Below, one piece after another: positions 1 to 7,994 of a stretch of 25,005 bases of DNA. How positions within the stretch are numbered: position 1 is the stretch's first letter; every line of letters begins with the position of its first letter. Below the pieces are notes generated by a model. The model was not told the origin of the DNA, did not search any database, and was given only the letters and a program-made list of their open reading frames with translations. A program made the position numbers and the translations under genes. The DNA lies in contig JAQGDQ010002472.1 in NCBI GenBank assembly GCA_030141605.1, positions 1 to 25,005 on the forward strand, written 5' to 3'. Origin of the DNA: Tubiluchus corallicola. Lineage: Eukaryota; Animalia; Priapulida.

Positions 1-172
1 TTCCTGTAAATGCTTTCTGGGCTGCTGAAAAAACTCCTAAGTTGAAAGGCATAACTGTTATTATAGTTAAAAGAGAAGACATTCCAATGCCTATAGAAAT
101 TGGAACTCCTACTAATAAAAATATAAAAAATGATCCAAATAATATTATTCCTGCTACAACTGCTGTAGTCAC
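1..172 (-). CDS. dctM: TRAP transporter large permease DctM, N-terminal part (runs off the left edge)
   Basis: Hand translation from GTG at 172: MTTAVVAGIILFGSFFIFLLVGVPISIGIGMSSLLTIITVMPFNLGVFSAAQKAFTG. Hydrophobic, with the DctM-type GVPIS motif. GAGGAGG SD upstream; starts 2 nt after the dctQ stop. Not in the ORF track. Confidence 0.9.
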   Translation of the reverse strand, partial: MTTAVVAGIILFGSFFIFLLVGVPISIGIGMSSLLTIITVMPFNLGVFSAAQKAFTG

Positions 173-174
173 CT

Positions 175-666
175 CTATACCTCCTCAGCTTCAATATCAT
201 CTTTTTTTATTGCTCTTTTATAAATATGTGCTACTTTTATCAATATAATTAGCATACCAGTAATAGGAAGTATAGAGTATACAGCACCCATTGGAAGTCT
301 TAGAATGGGGGTTTTTTGAGATAATGTACCAATAGTTACTGATAAACCACCTTTTAGTAGAACAATAGCTGCAAAACTTATAACTACGATATCAATAAAT
401 AATACTATAAGGCTTTTAGTTTTTCCCTTTGCCTTTTCTTTTATCAGTATAAGAGCCATATGGTCATCTTTCATAAAGCCATATATTGCTCCTAACATAG
501 TTGCCCAGATAAGTGTATATCTAAGTAGTTCTTCTGTAAATGTACTTGGGTTATTTAGTATAAATCTTGTAAAAACTTGCCAAACGACTCCTATTACTAA
601 AATTCCCATTACAGCAGTTATTAAAGTTAATATAAATTTCTCAAAAATATATTCTATTTTTTTCAT
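175..666 (-). CDS. dctQ: TRAP transporter small permease DctQ
   Basis: 163 aa with four hydrophobic segments and the QVFTRF...FTEELLRY...W motif typical of DctQ; lies between dctP and dctM. Confidence 0.93.
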   Translation of the reverse strand: MKKIEYIFEKFILTLITAVMGILVIGVVWQVFTRFILNNPSTFTEELLRYTLIWATMLGAIYGFMKDDHMALILIKEKAKGKTKSLIVLFIDIVVISFAAIVLLKGGLSVTIGTLSQKTPILRLPMGAVYSILPITGMLIILIKVAHIYKRAIKKDDIEAEEV

Positions 667-830
667 TTTATTATCCTTTCTTAGGGTTTATATATAATAT
701 ATATAATTAATAAGAGATTTTAAATAAATAGAAATTTTACTAAAAATATACAAATCATTAAAATTTAAATATATTTTTACACACAATGAAATATATCATA
801 ATAATTATCTTAATATGGCGAAATAAAGTT

Positions 831-1826
831 TTAATACGTTGTATTAGATATTTGATCTAATATTTCTTTTACCTCAGAATCTTCCTTTGCTCTATCAATC
901 ATAGGTTTTACTGCTTCTCTAAAAGGTTTTTTATCAGGAGAGTGAAATGTTACTCCCATTGACATTGCTTCTTCTTCTGCTTTTTTTAATGCTTCTGCCC
1001 AAATTTCTTTATGATACTTTGTTGCACTTTTTGCTGACTTTCTCAAAGCTTCTTTTTGTTCATTATCTAATGTTTCCCATGTTTTTTTAGAAATGATAAA
1101 AATGTCAGGCATCATGATGTGTTCATCTTTTGAGTATACTTTAGCCACTTCTCCATGTTTTCCTATAGTAAGAGCTGTGGGATTGTTTTCTGCTCCAACT
1201 ATAACCCCTTGTTGTAAAGCTGTATATATATCTCCATAAGGCATTGGAGTTGGATTTCCACCTAATAGTTTCATCATCTCAATAGAAGATTGACTTTCCA
1301 TTACCCTAATTTTTAATCCCTTTAAATCTTCAGGAGTGTCGATTCTATTATTTTTTGTATAAAAACTTCTTGAACCTCCATCAAAGTAACCTATACCTAT
1401 AAATCCATCTTTTTCTGTTATTTTATACAAATTATCAGCTATTTCTCCATCCATAACAGCATAGAAATGTTTTAAATTATCAAATATAAAAGGTAACGAA
1501 AAAGCAGAATAGCTCTTATTAATGTTTTCAATAATATTTGATGCAGCTTTTGTCATATCAATAGAGCCATTTTGAACTTGTTCTACAACAGCTTTATCTG
1601 AGCCTAAAATCCCATTAGGAAATACTTGAATCTTCAAACTTCCTTCAGTGTTTTTTTCTACTTCTTCTTTAAATTTTAAAAATGCTTGGTGTAGCGGATG
1701 GTCTTCAGATAAATTATGAGCTAATTTTAGTGTTTTTGCTCCACTAGCATCTACATTATTTTTACCACATGTAATTAATAATAATAAAGTTATTCCTAAT
1801 AAGATCCTTTTCATTACTTTTTTCAT
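831..1826 (-). CDS. dctP: TRAP transporter substrate-binding protein DctP, predicted lipoprotein, probably hexuronate-binding
   Basis: Motifs LKLAH, QVFPNGILG, DLKGLKIRVM (carboxylate-binding Arg) and YTALQQGVIVGAENN. Signal peptide ends LLITC. SD AAGGAGG. Substrate inferred from nearby uxaC. Confidence 0.93.
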   Translation of the reverse strand: MKKVMKRILLGITLLLLITCGKNNVDASGAKTLKLAHNLSEDHPLHQAFLKFKEEVEKNTEGSLKIQVFPNGILGSDKAVVEQVQNGSIDMTKAASNIIENINKSYSAFSLPFIFDNLKHFYAVMDGEIADNLYKITEKDGFIGIGYFDGGSRSFYTKNNRIDTPEDLKGLKIRVMESQSSIEMMKLLGGNPTPMPYGDIYTALQQGVIVGAENNPTALTIGKHGEVAKVYSKDEHIMMPDIFIISKKTWETLDNEQKEALRKSAKSATKYHKEIWAEALKKAEEEAMSMGVTFHSPDKKPFREAVKPMIDRAKEDSEVKEILDQISNTTY

Positions 1827-1900
1827 TATTTCCTCCTTAAAATTTAAAAATATCTGTTAACTTAAGCGATAAAAAAACTTAGTATACAGACTTTAGTTAA

Positions 1901-1950
1901 ATATATTTAAAGTATATTCAAGGTATATTTAACTATATTTTAAAGTATAG
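1901..1950. repeat. Phased direct repeats of TATATT (AAGTATATT-like), candidate repressor operator array
   Basis: TATATT at 1902, 1913, 1924, 1934 and TATAG at 1946 (spacing 11, 11, 10, 12). The array overlaps the dctP -10 and start site. Confidence 0.45.
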
Positions 1951-1972
1951 AACTTGCTAAGTAATTTGTCAA
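1944..1972 (-). promoter_or_regulatory. Sigma70/SigA promoter for dctPQM
   Basis: Minus strand TTGACA (1967-1972), 17-bp spacer, TATACT (1944-1949). Confidence 0.8.
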
Positions 1973-1981
1973 GGAAAAAAC

Positions 1982-2010
1982 TTTACTTTTTTGTAATATA
2001 AATATATAAT
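1982..2010 (+). promoter_or_regulatory. Sigma70/SigA promoter for the GntR gene, back-to-back with the dctP promoter
   Basis: TTTACT (1982-1987), 17-bp spacer, TATAAT (2005-2010). Confidence 0.6.
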
Positions 2011-2048
2011 TTACTTTATTCTTTGAAAGTATAGGGGGGGAATTTTAT

Positions 2049-2690
2049 TTGAAAGTAGATAATTTAAAGCAACGTAGTTATAAAATAATTAAAGATAAAA
2101 TTATTTCAGGAGAATTTTCACCTGGAGAATATTTAGAAGAAAAATTTTTATGTGAAATTACTAATACAAGTAAAACTCCTGTGAGAGAATCACTAAGTAA
2201 ATTAGAACAGGAAAGGTGGATTAATGTTGTGCCTAGAAAGGGTATACTAGTTTCTGATTTGACATTAAAGTATATAAAGGATTTATTTCAATTTAGACAA
2301 ACTTTTGAACCTAAAATCCTTGAAATATCTTTTAATAAGATACAAAAAAATGAACTTCTTAAATTTAAGAAAAAATTTAATGAATTAAATTATAAAGATA
2401 ATAAAAAGAAATTGGAGAAACTAGATAGCAAATTTCATTTATATATACTACATTCTTCTAAAAATGATATTCTAATTAATGTTTTATCTTTAGTTTATGA
2501 ACATATTGAAAGATTTAGAAATATAAATATTGGATCGCATGAAAGAGGTGAAGAAGCAAAAAAAGAGCATATATCAATTATTGATGCAATTTTAGATTAT
2601 AATGTATCTATATCAATAGAACTATTAAATGATCATATAAAAAAATCTCATTTAACCCTTTTTCAAAATTTAAATACTTTAGATTTATAA
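2049..2690 (+). CDS. GntR-family (FadR/FCD subfamily) transcriptional regulator
   Basis: wHTH IISGEFSPGEYL...SKTPVRESL...PRKG; FCD motifs DSKFH and EHISII. TTG start preceded by a G7 run as SD. Confidence 0.93.
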   Translation: MKVDNLKQRSYKIIKDKIISGEFSPGEYLEEKFLCEITNTSKTPVRESLSKLEQERWINVVPRKGILVSDLTLKYIKDLFQFRQTFEPKILEISFNKIQKNELLKFKKKFNELNYKDNKKKLEKLDSKFHLYILHSSKNDILINVLSLVYEHIERFRNINIGSHERGEEAKKEHISIIDAILDYNVSISIELLNDHIKKSHLTLFQNLNTLDL

Positions 2691-2699
2691 TATAATAAA

Positions 2700-2729
2700 T
2701 ACTAGAGAAGAAAATTTTCTTCTCTAGTA
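2700..2729. terminator. Bidirectional terminator-like hairpin between convergent gntR and uxaC
   Basis: Perfect 30-bp palindrome TACTAGAGAAGAAAA|TTTTCTTCTCTAGTA between the two stop codons. Confidence 0.8.
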
Positions 2730-2733
2730 AAAT

Positions 2734-4134
2734 TTATCTTTTAATATAGTTATTTATGTTATTAAAGCAAATGTCTTCAATTATTTTTTTTAACATAATA
2801 TAATCATCAGGGTATTCTCCATTTTCAACCCATTTTCCAATTAAATTACATAAAATTCTTCTGAAATATTCATGTCTAGTGTATGATAAAAAAGACCTTG
2901 AGTCAGTGAGCATACCTACAAATCTTGATAGTAAACCTAAATTTGCTAAAGTTTTCATTTGTTCAATCATGCCGTCTCTTTGATCATTAAACCACCAACC
3001 AGAACCAAACTGTATTTTTCCAGCTTGTCCGTTTCCTTGAAAATTTCCAATCATTGCCCCTAACATATAATTATCTTTTGGATTTAAAGTGTATAATATT
3101 GTCTTAGGAAGTTTATCTGTTTCATCCATTTTATCTAAAATCTTTGATAGTTCTTTTGAGTAGCTAAAGTCTCCTATAGAATCAAAACCTGCATCTGTTC
3201 CTATTTTATCAAACATTCTTTTAGAATTATTTCTGATTGCTCCTATATGAATTTGCATAGCCCATTTTTTTCTTGAGTACTCTTTTCCTAAAAAAATAAA
3301 TATTGCTGAAAAATATTTTTCAACTTCATCACTAGAAAGTTCTTTATTTTCAAGTCTTTTTCTAAAAATATTTTCTAGATCTTCACTATTGTGTTTTTTA
3401 AAATAGAAAGTTTCTACAGAATGGTCAGATAATCTACACCCTACCTCATCAAAAAAATCAATTCTTTTTTTGATTGCTTCTAGCAGTTGTTTATAGGATA
3501 GTATCTCTATATTAGAAATATTGCTTAATTTTTTTATATAATTGCAAAATTCTTTATTTTTAATATCTATTATTTTATCAGGTCTAAAAGTGGGTAAAAC
3601 TTCTACTTGAAAATTTTTATCATTTTTTATTTGAATATGATATTTTAAAGAATCAATAGGATCATCAGTTGTACAAAGGGCTTTTACATTAGATCTCTTG
3701 ATTAACTCTCTTGCAGAATAATTATCATTTTGTAATAATGTGTTACACTTTTCCCAGATCATTTCAGAAGTTTTAGATGATAATGTTTCATTTATTCCAA
3801 AATATGTTTTTAGCTCTAAATGTGTCCAGTGATAAAGTGGATTTCCTATAGTATATGGAACTGTCTCTGCCCATTTTATAAACTTTTCTTTATCACTTTT
3901 ATTTCCAGTGATGTAATCTTCAGTAATACCATTACTTCTCATGCCTCTCCATTTATAATGATCTCCATTAAGCCATATTTCAGTTATGTTTTTGTAAGAT
4001 TTATTTTTAGCTATATCACCTGAAGATAAATGACAGTGATAATCAAAAATAGGCATATTTTTGGCGTATTCATGATATAGTTTTTTAGCTGTTTTTGTTT
4101 CTAATAAAAAATCTTTACACATAAATTTTTTCAT
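2734..4134 (-). CDS. uxaC: Uronate (glucuronate/galacturonate) isomerase
   Basis: Motifs PIFDYHCHL, GDHYKWR, TIGNPLYHWTHLEL, CTTDDP, QFGSGWWFND and GMLTDSRSFLSYTRHEYFRRILC. Confidence 0.98.
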   Translation of the reverse strand: MKKFMCKDFLLETKTAKKLYHEYAKNMPIFDYHCHLSSGDIAKNKSYKNITEIWLNGDHYKWRGMRSNGITEDYITGNKSDKEKFIKWAETVPYTIGNPLYHWTHLELKTYFGINETLSSKTSEMIWEKCNTLLQNDNYSARELIKRSNVKALCTTDDPIDSLKYHIQIKNDKNFQVEVLPTFRPDKIIDIKNKEFCNYIKKLSNISNIEILSYKQLLEAIKKRIDFFDEVGCRLSDHSVETFYFKKHNSEDLENIFRKRLENKELSSDEVEKYFSAIFIFLGKEYSRKKWAMQIHIGAIRNNSKRMFDKIGTDAGFDSIGDFSYSKELSKILDKMDETDKLPKTILYTLNPKDNYMLGAMIGNFQGNGQAGKIQFGSGWWFNDQRDGMIEQMKTLANLGLLSRFVGMLTDSRSFLSYTRHEYFRRILCNLIGKWVENGEYPDDYIMLKKIIEDICFNNINNYIKR

Positions 4135-4332
4135 ATAGGGTTTCTCCTTAAAAAAAGCATTGATTAAATTCCATATCTTAAAAAAGTATAAAAGTATATT
4201 AGGATATATTTAATTGATGTGTTTATCTATTTATTAAATATTCATATGGTATATATAATGTACAAGTTTTTGTATAATACATTTTTTATATTGACTTAAA
4301 TGTTTTAGTGGTATAAAAAAAGCTATATCTTT

Positions 4333-5106
4333 TCATAAAAAACCTTTCATAAGATCTTTAGTATAGTTAAATTTTGATTTATAAAAAACATTTTCAACAT
4401 TTCCAGTTTCAATAATAGACCCATTTTTTAAAACGGCAACTCTATCACATAAATAATATACTACATTTAAATCATGAGCTATAAATAGTATTGTTATATT
4501 TAGTTTTTCTTTTAAAGATTTTAAAATATTTAGTATTTGAGATTGAATAGATACGTCTAGCGCTGATACAGCTTCATCAGCAATTAAAATTTCAGGATCA
4601 CTCATTAAAGCTATAAGAATAGCTATTCTTTGTCTTTGACCTCCAGATAGTTCATGAGGATATTTATCTAATATCTCTTTACTAAACCCTGATAAATCAA
4701 TATACTCATAAATTTTTTCTATTCTTTCCAGTTTGTTTCCTAATTTGTGTGCTTTTAATGGTTCCTCTAAAAGCCATTGTACTCTCTTTTTAGGATTAAG
4801 AGAGCTGTAAGGGTCCTGAAAGATCATTTGTATATTTTTTTTATAAGCTTTAAGACCTTTAGAGTCTAAATTTTCAATGTTTTTTCCTTTATATAAGATT
4901 TCTCCAGAAGTTGGTTTTTGTAAAGTTAAAATCAGTTCGCTAATTGTTGATTTACCGGAACCGCTTTCTCCAATAATCCCAAATATTTCACCTTTCTTTA
5001 TGTGAAATGAAACATTGTTAACGGCCTTAAGTTCTTTAGATTTTCCTAACAACTTCTCTTTTGGTTTTTTATAGATTTTAACAAGATTGCTAACTTGAAG
5101 TATCAT
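4333..5106 (-). CDS. Dipeptide/oligopeptide/nickel ABC ATPase (DppF/OppF-like)
   Basis: Walker A GESGSGKS, IFQDPYSSLNP, YPHELSGGQRQR, DEAVSALD, H-loop IAHDL. Confidence 0.95.
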   Translation of the reverse strand: MILQVSNLVKIYKKPKEKLLGKSKELKAVNNVSFHIKKGEIFGIIGESGSGKSTISELILTLQKPTSGEILYKGKNIENLDSKGLKAYKKNIQMIFQDPYSSLNPKKRVQWLLEEPLKAHKLGNKLERIEKIYEYIDLSGFSKEILDKYPHELSGGQRQRIAILIALMSDPEILIADEAVSALDVSIQSQILNILKSLKEKLNITILFIAHDLNVVYYLCDRVAVLKNGSIIETGNVENVFYKSKFNYTKDLMKGFL

Positions 5107-5113
5107 ATACCTC

Positions 5114-6073
5114 CTAATTATTTGTTTCGTAAATAAAGCATCTTAAAAAATGGTTTTTTGAATTTTTTTTTAGTTCAGGCACTGATTTTGAACACCTATC
5201 TTCATCTTTTTCTCTACACCTATTTAAAAAGGGACAAAATTCACCTTTGTCTTTTGGATTTATAACCCTTCCAGAAATAGTAGATAGCTTTTTACCTTTG
5301 TTTTCTGGCATAGGAACAGATTTTAAAAGAGCCTTAGTATAAGGGTGCTTTGCTTTATATAGTTTAGAGCTTTCTAGCTTTTCTAAAATATAACCAGCAT
5401 ATAATATGATGACATTGTCTGAAATCTTTTTTATTAAATGAAGGTCGTGAGATATAAATATTATACTACTTTTATACTGATCATTTATTTTTTTTATAAA
5501 GCTTATTATTTGACTTTCTGTTTTAGAATCTAAAGCAGTGGTTGGCTCATCAGCTATAATTATATCTGGATTACAAGCAAGAGCCATTGCAATAACAACT
5601 CTTTGCCTTTGGCCTCCAGAAAGTTCATGAGGATATTTATTATAAGTATACTCTGCTTCAGGAAGTTCTACCTCTTCTATTAGTTTCAAAGTTTTTTCTT
5701 TTCTATTTTTTTTTGACATCTTTGAATAATGTATAAAAAAAACTTCTTCAATTTGTTTTCCTATTTTTATAGTTGGATTTAGTGCTGATAAAGGTTCTTG
5801 GTATATTTTTGCTATTTTTTTTGTTCTTATTTGACCTAAAAAATTTTCACTTTCTTCTACAAGATTTTTGTTTTCAAATAGTATCTTTCCTTGAATATTT
5901 GCAGTTTTAGGAAGTAGTTTAATAATTGAGCTACAAAGTACACTCTTTCCACATCCAGATTCTCCAATTATTCCAAGAATTTCCTGCTCTTTTAAACTAA
6001 AGTTAACATTACTTATTATTTCCTTTTTTCCAAATGAAACTTTTAAGTTTTCTACTTCTAGAATATTTTTCAT
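5114..6073 (-). CDS. Dipeptide/oligopeptide/nickel ABC ATPase (DppD/OppD-like) with Cys-rich C-terminal domain
   Basis: GESGCGKS, YPHELSGGQRQR, DEPTTALD, KHPYTKALL; four C-terminal Cys (CPFLNRC...RC...RC). Confidence 0.95.
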   Translation of the reverse strand: MKNILEVENLKVSFGKKEIISNVNFSLKEQEILGIIGESGCGKSVLCSSIIKLLPKTANIQGKILFENKNLVEESENFLGQIRTKKIAKIYQEPLSALNPTIKIGKQIEEVFFIHYSKMSKKNRKEKTLKLIEEVELPEAEYTYNKYPHELSGGQRQRVVIAMALACNPDIIIADEPTTALDSKTESQIISFIKKINDQYKSSIIFISHDLHLIKKISDNVIILYAGYILEKLESSKLYKAKHPYTKALLKSVPMPENKGKKLSTISGRVINPKDKGEFCPFLNRCREKDEDRCSKSVPELKKNSKNHFLRCFIYETNN

Positions 6074-6156
6074 ACTTTATTACCTCATGAATGTAATTGA
6101 AATTTTAGATAATATGTTTTTTATTATAAAATGATTATTTTTTGACCTAGATATAT

Positions 6157-6957
6157 TTAATATGGTTTTTTGTCATAAAAAATTCTTAAATAATCTCCTA
6201 ATAAATTAAATGCTAGAATAGTAAGAATTATTGGTATTCCAGCCCCTATTGCAAACCAAGGAGCCTTTTGGAAGTATATTTGAGCATCATTAAGCATACC
6301 GCCCCAGCTGGGATTAGGAGGCTGTACACCAAGCCCTAAATAACTTAAAGTTGCTTCTGACAATATTGCTCCTGAAAAACTTAAAGTTGCTGTAACTATT
6401 AAAGGTGACAATATATTTGGTAGTATATGGATAAAAAGTATTCTAAAATCTTTAACTCCAATAGTTTTAGCAAGTTTGATATACTCTAAATTCTTACATG
6501 CTAAAACCTCACCTCTAGTTATTCTAACAAAAGATGGAATTGAAAGAATTCCTACTGCAATTATAGTTTTTTCGATACCCTTACCGAAAACTGTTACAAA
6601 AACCAATGCAAAAAGTATTCCTGGAAAAGCCAAAAAAGCATCTGTTAGCCTCATAAAAAACTCATCTACTTTTCCTCCAAAATACCCAGAGATAAGACCT
6701 ATAATTACTCCAAAAGACATCCCTATAAAAACAGATAGTAGACCTATAAGTAATGTTAATTGACTTCCTTTCATAACTCTACTAAATATATCTCTTCCTA
6801 AATTATCTGTTCCAAACAAATGATCTGAACTTGGAGGAAGAAACTTTGATGTTATTTCTGTAGGAGAATAAGGAGTGTAAAAAAAACTTACTACTGCCAT
6901 TGTGGTAATAACTATTAAAACACTTAAACTAAAAATGATATTAGCATTTTTCTTCAT
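6157..6957 (-). CDS. ABC peptide/nickel permease (DppC/OppC-like)
   Basis: HLFGTDNLGRDIFSR, HILPN, EATLSYLGLG..PP.PSWG.M. Confidence 0.95.
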   Translation of the reverse strand: MKKNANIIFSLSVLIVITTMAVVSFFYTPYSPTEITSKFLPPSSDHLFGTDNLGRDIFSRVMKGSQLTLLIGLLSVFIGMSFGVIIGLISGYFGGKVDEFFMRLTDAFLAFPGILFALVFVTVFGKGIEKTIIAVGILSIPSFVRITRGEVLACKNLEYIKLAKTIGVKDFRILFIHILPNILSPLIVTATLSFSGAILSEATLSYLGLGVQPPNPSWGGMLNDAQIYFQKAPWFAIGAGIPIILTILAFNLLGDYLRIFYDKKPY

Positions 6958-6982
6958 TAGATATTATACCTCTATTTAAAAT

Positions 6983-7924
6983 TTAACTGTATTTAATTCT
7001 AGGATCAACTATTTTGTATATAATGTCAACTAAAATATTAATAATAATTACAGATATAGCTATATAAAACACAATACCTTCAACTAAGGGAATATCTCTA
7101 GAATTTATAGATGTTATTAATAGCTTTCCTATTCCAGGTATGTTAAATATTTCTTCAACAACAATGCTTCCACCTATTACTCCTGATATAAGAATGCCTA
7201 GTATAGTTATTACAGAAATAAGAGCATTTCTAATAATATGTATAAAAAAAATTCTTCTAGTATTAGCTCCCTTTCCTTTAGCTGTTTGAACATAAGGTTT
7301 ATTTAATTCGTCTAATATACTATTTTTAGTGTACCTTGTAACAATAGATATTCTAGGGGCTGCCAAAGCTAGTGCAGGAAAAAATAGATATTTTATTTTA
7401 TCAAAAAAATTCTCTTCAAAACTTGTGAACTGACCTACTGAAAATATTTTTAATACTATACTAAATATGATAACTATCATTAAGCTAGACCAAAAAGTAG
7501 GAATAGCCATTCCTATTTGACTTATTAAATCTAATGTTTTACCTAAAAAATTAGATTTGTGTTTTGCTGCTAATATTCCAGCAGGAATTCCTACAATAAT
7601 TGTCAAAAAAATAGAATAAGATGCTAGAGTCAGAGTAATAGGGAGCCTCGATTTTATAAGATCACTAACAGAAATAGAATACTTGTATGATTTTCCAAAA
7701 TTTCCTAAAAAAACATTTTTTAACCACCTGCTATATTGAATTAAAAAATTCTCATTTAAATTTAGAGATTCTCGAACTTTTTCTATTACTTCAGGTTCTG
7801 CCTCTATTCCTAATTTTATTAAAATAGGGTCTCCAGGTAATATTTTAAAAATTAAGAAAACTATTGTAACAACAAGAAACAAGGTTGCTAAACTTGTCAA
7901 TGTTTTTTTTAATATAAAATTCAT
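6983..7924 (-). CDS. ABC peptide/nickel permease (DppB/OppB-like)
   Basis: LPGDP, GNFGKS, RLPITL, YVQTAKGKG, VVEEIFNIPGIG, DPRI. Confidence 0.95.
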   Translation of the reverse strand: MNFILKKTLTSLATLFLVVTIVFLIFKILPGDPILIKLGIEAEPEVIEKVRESLNLNENFLIQYSRWLKNVFLGNFGKSYKYSISVSDLIKSRLPITLTLASYSIFLTIIVGIPAGILAAKHKSNFLGKTLDLISQIGMAIPTFWSSLMIVIIFSIVLKIFSVGQFTSFEENFFDKIKYLFFPALALAAPRISIVTRYTKNSILDELNKPYVQTAKGKGANTRRIFFIHIIRNALISVITILGILISGVIGGSIVVEEIFNIPGIGKLLITSINSRDIPLVEGIVFYIAISVIIINILVDIIYKIVDPRIKYS

Positions 7925-7994
7925 TAAATCACCTATATTATTACTCTAAAGAGTATTAAGAAATAATTTACGTCAACAATATAATAATATATAA

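Noticed and set aside
42-248. 68-aa + strand ORF
   Set aside because: Antisense shadow of dctM/dctQ; no SD or recognisable motif.
688-706. TTATATATA-A-TATATATAA palindrome between dctP and dctQ
   Set aside because: Low-complexity TA alternation expected by chance in such AT-rich DNA.
4291-4317. + strand promoter-like TTGACT...TGgTATAAA antisense to the ABC ATPase
   Set aside because: The 15-bp spacer is too short, and such matches are frequent at this AT content.
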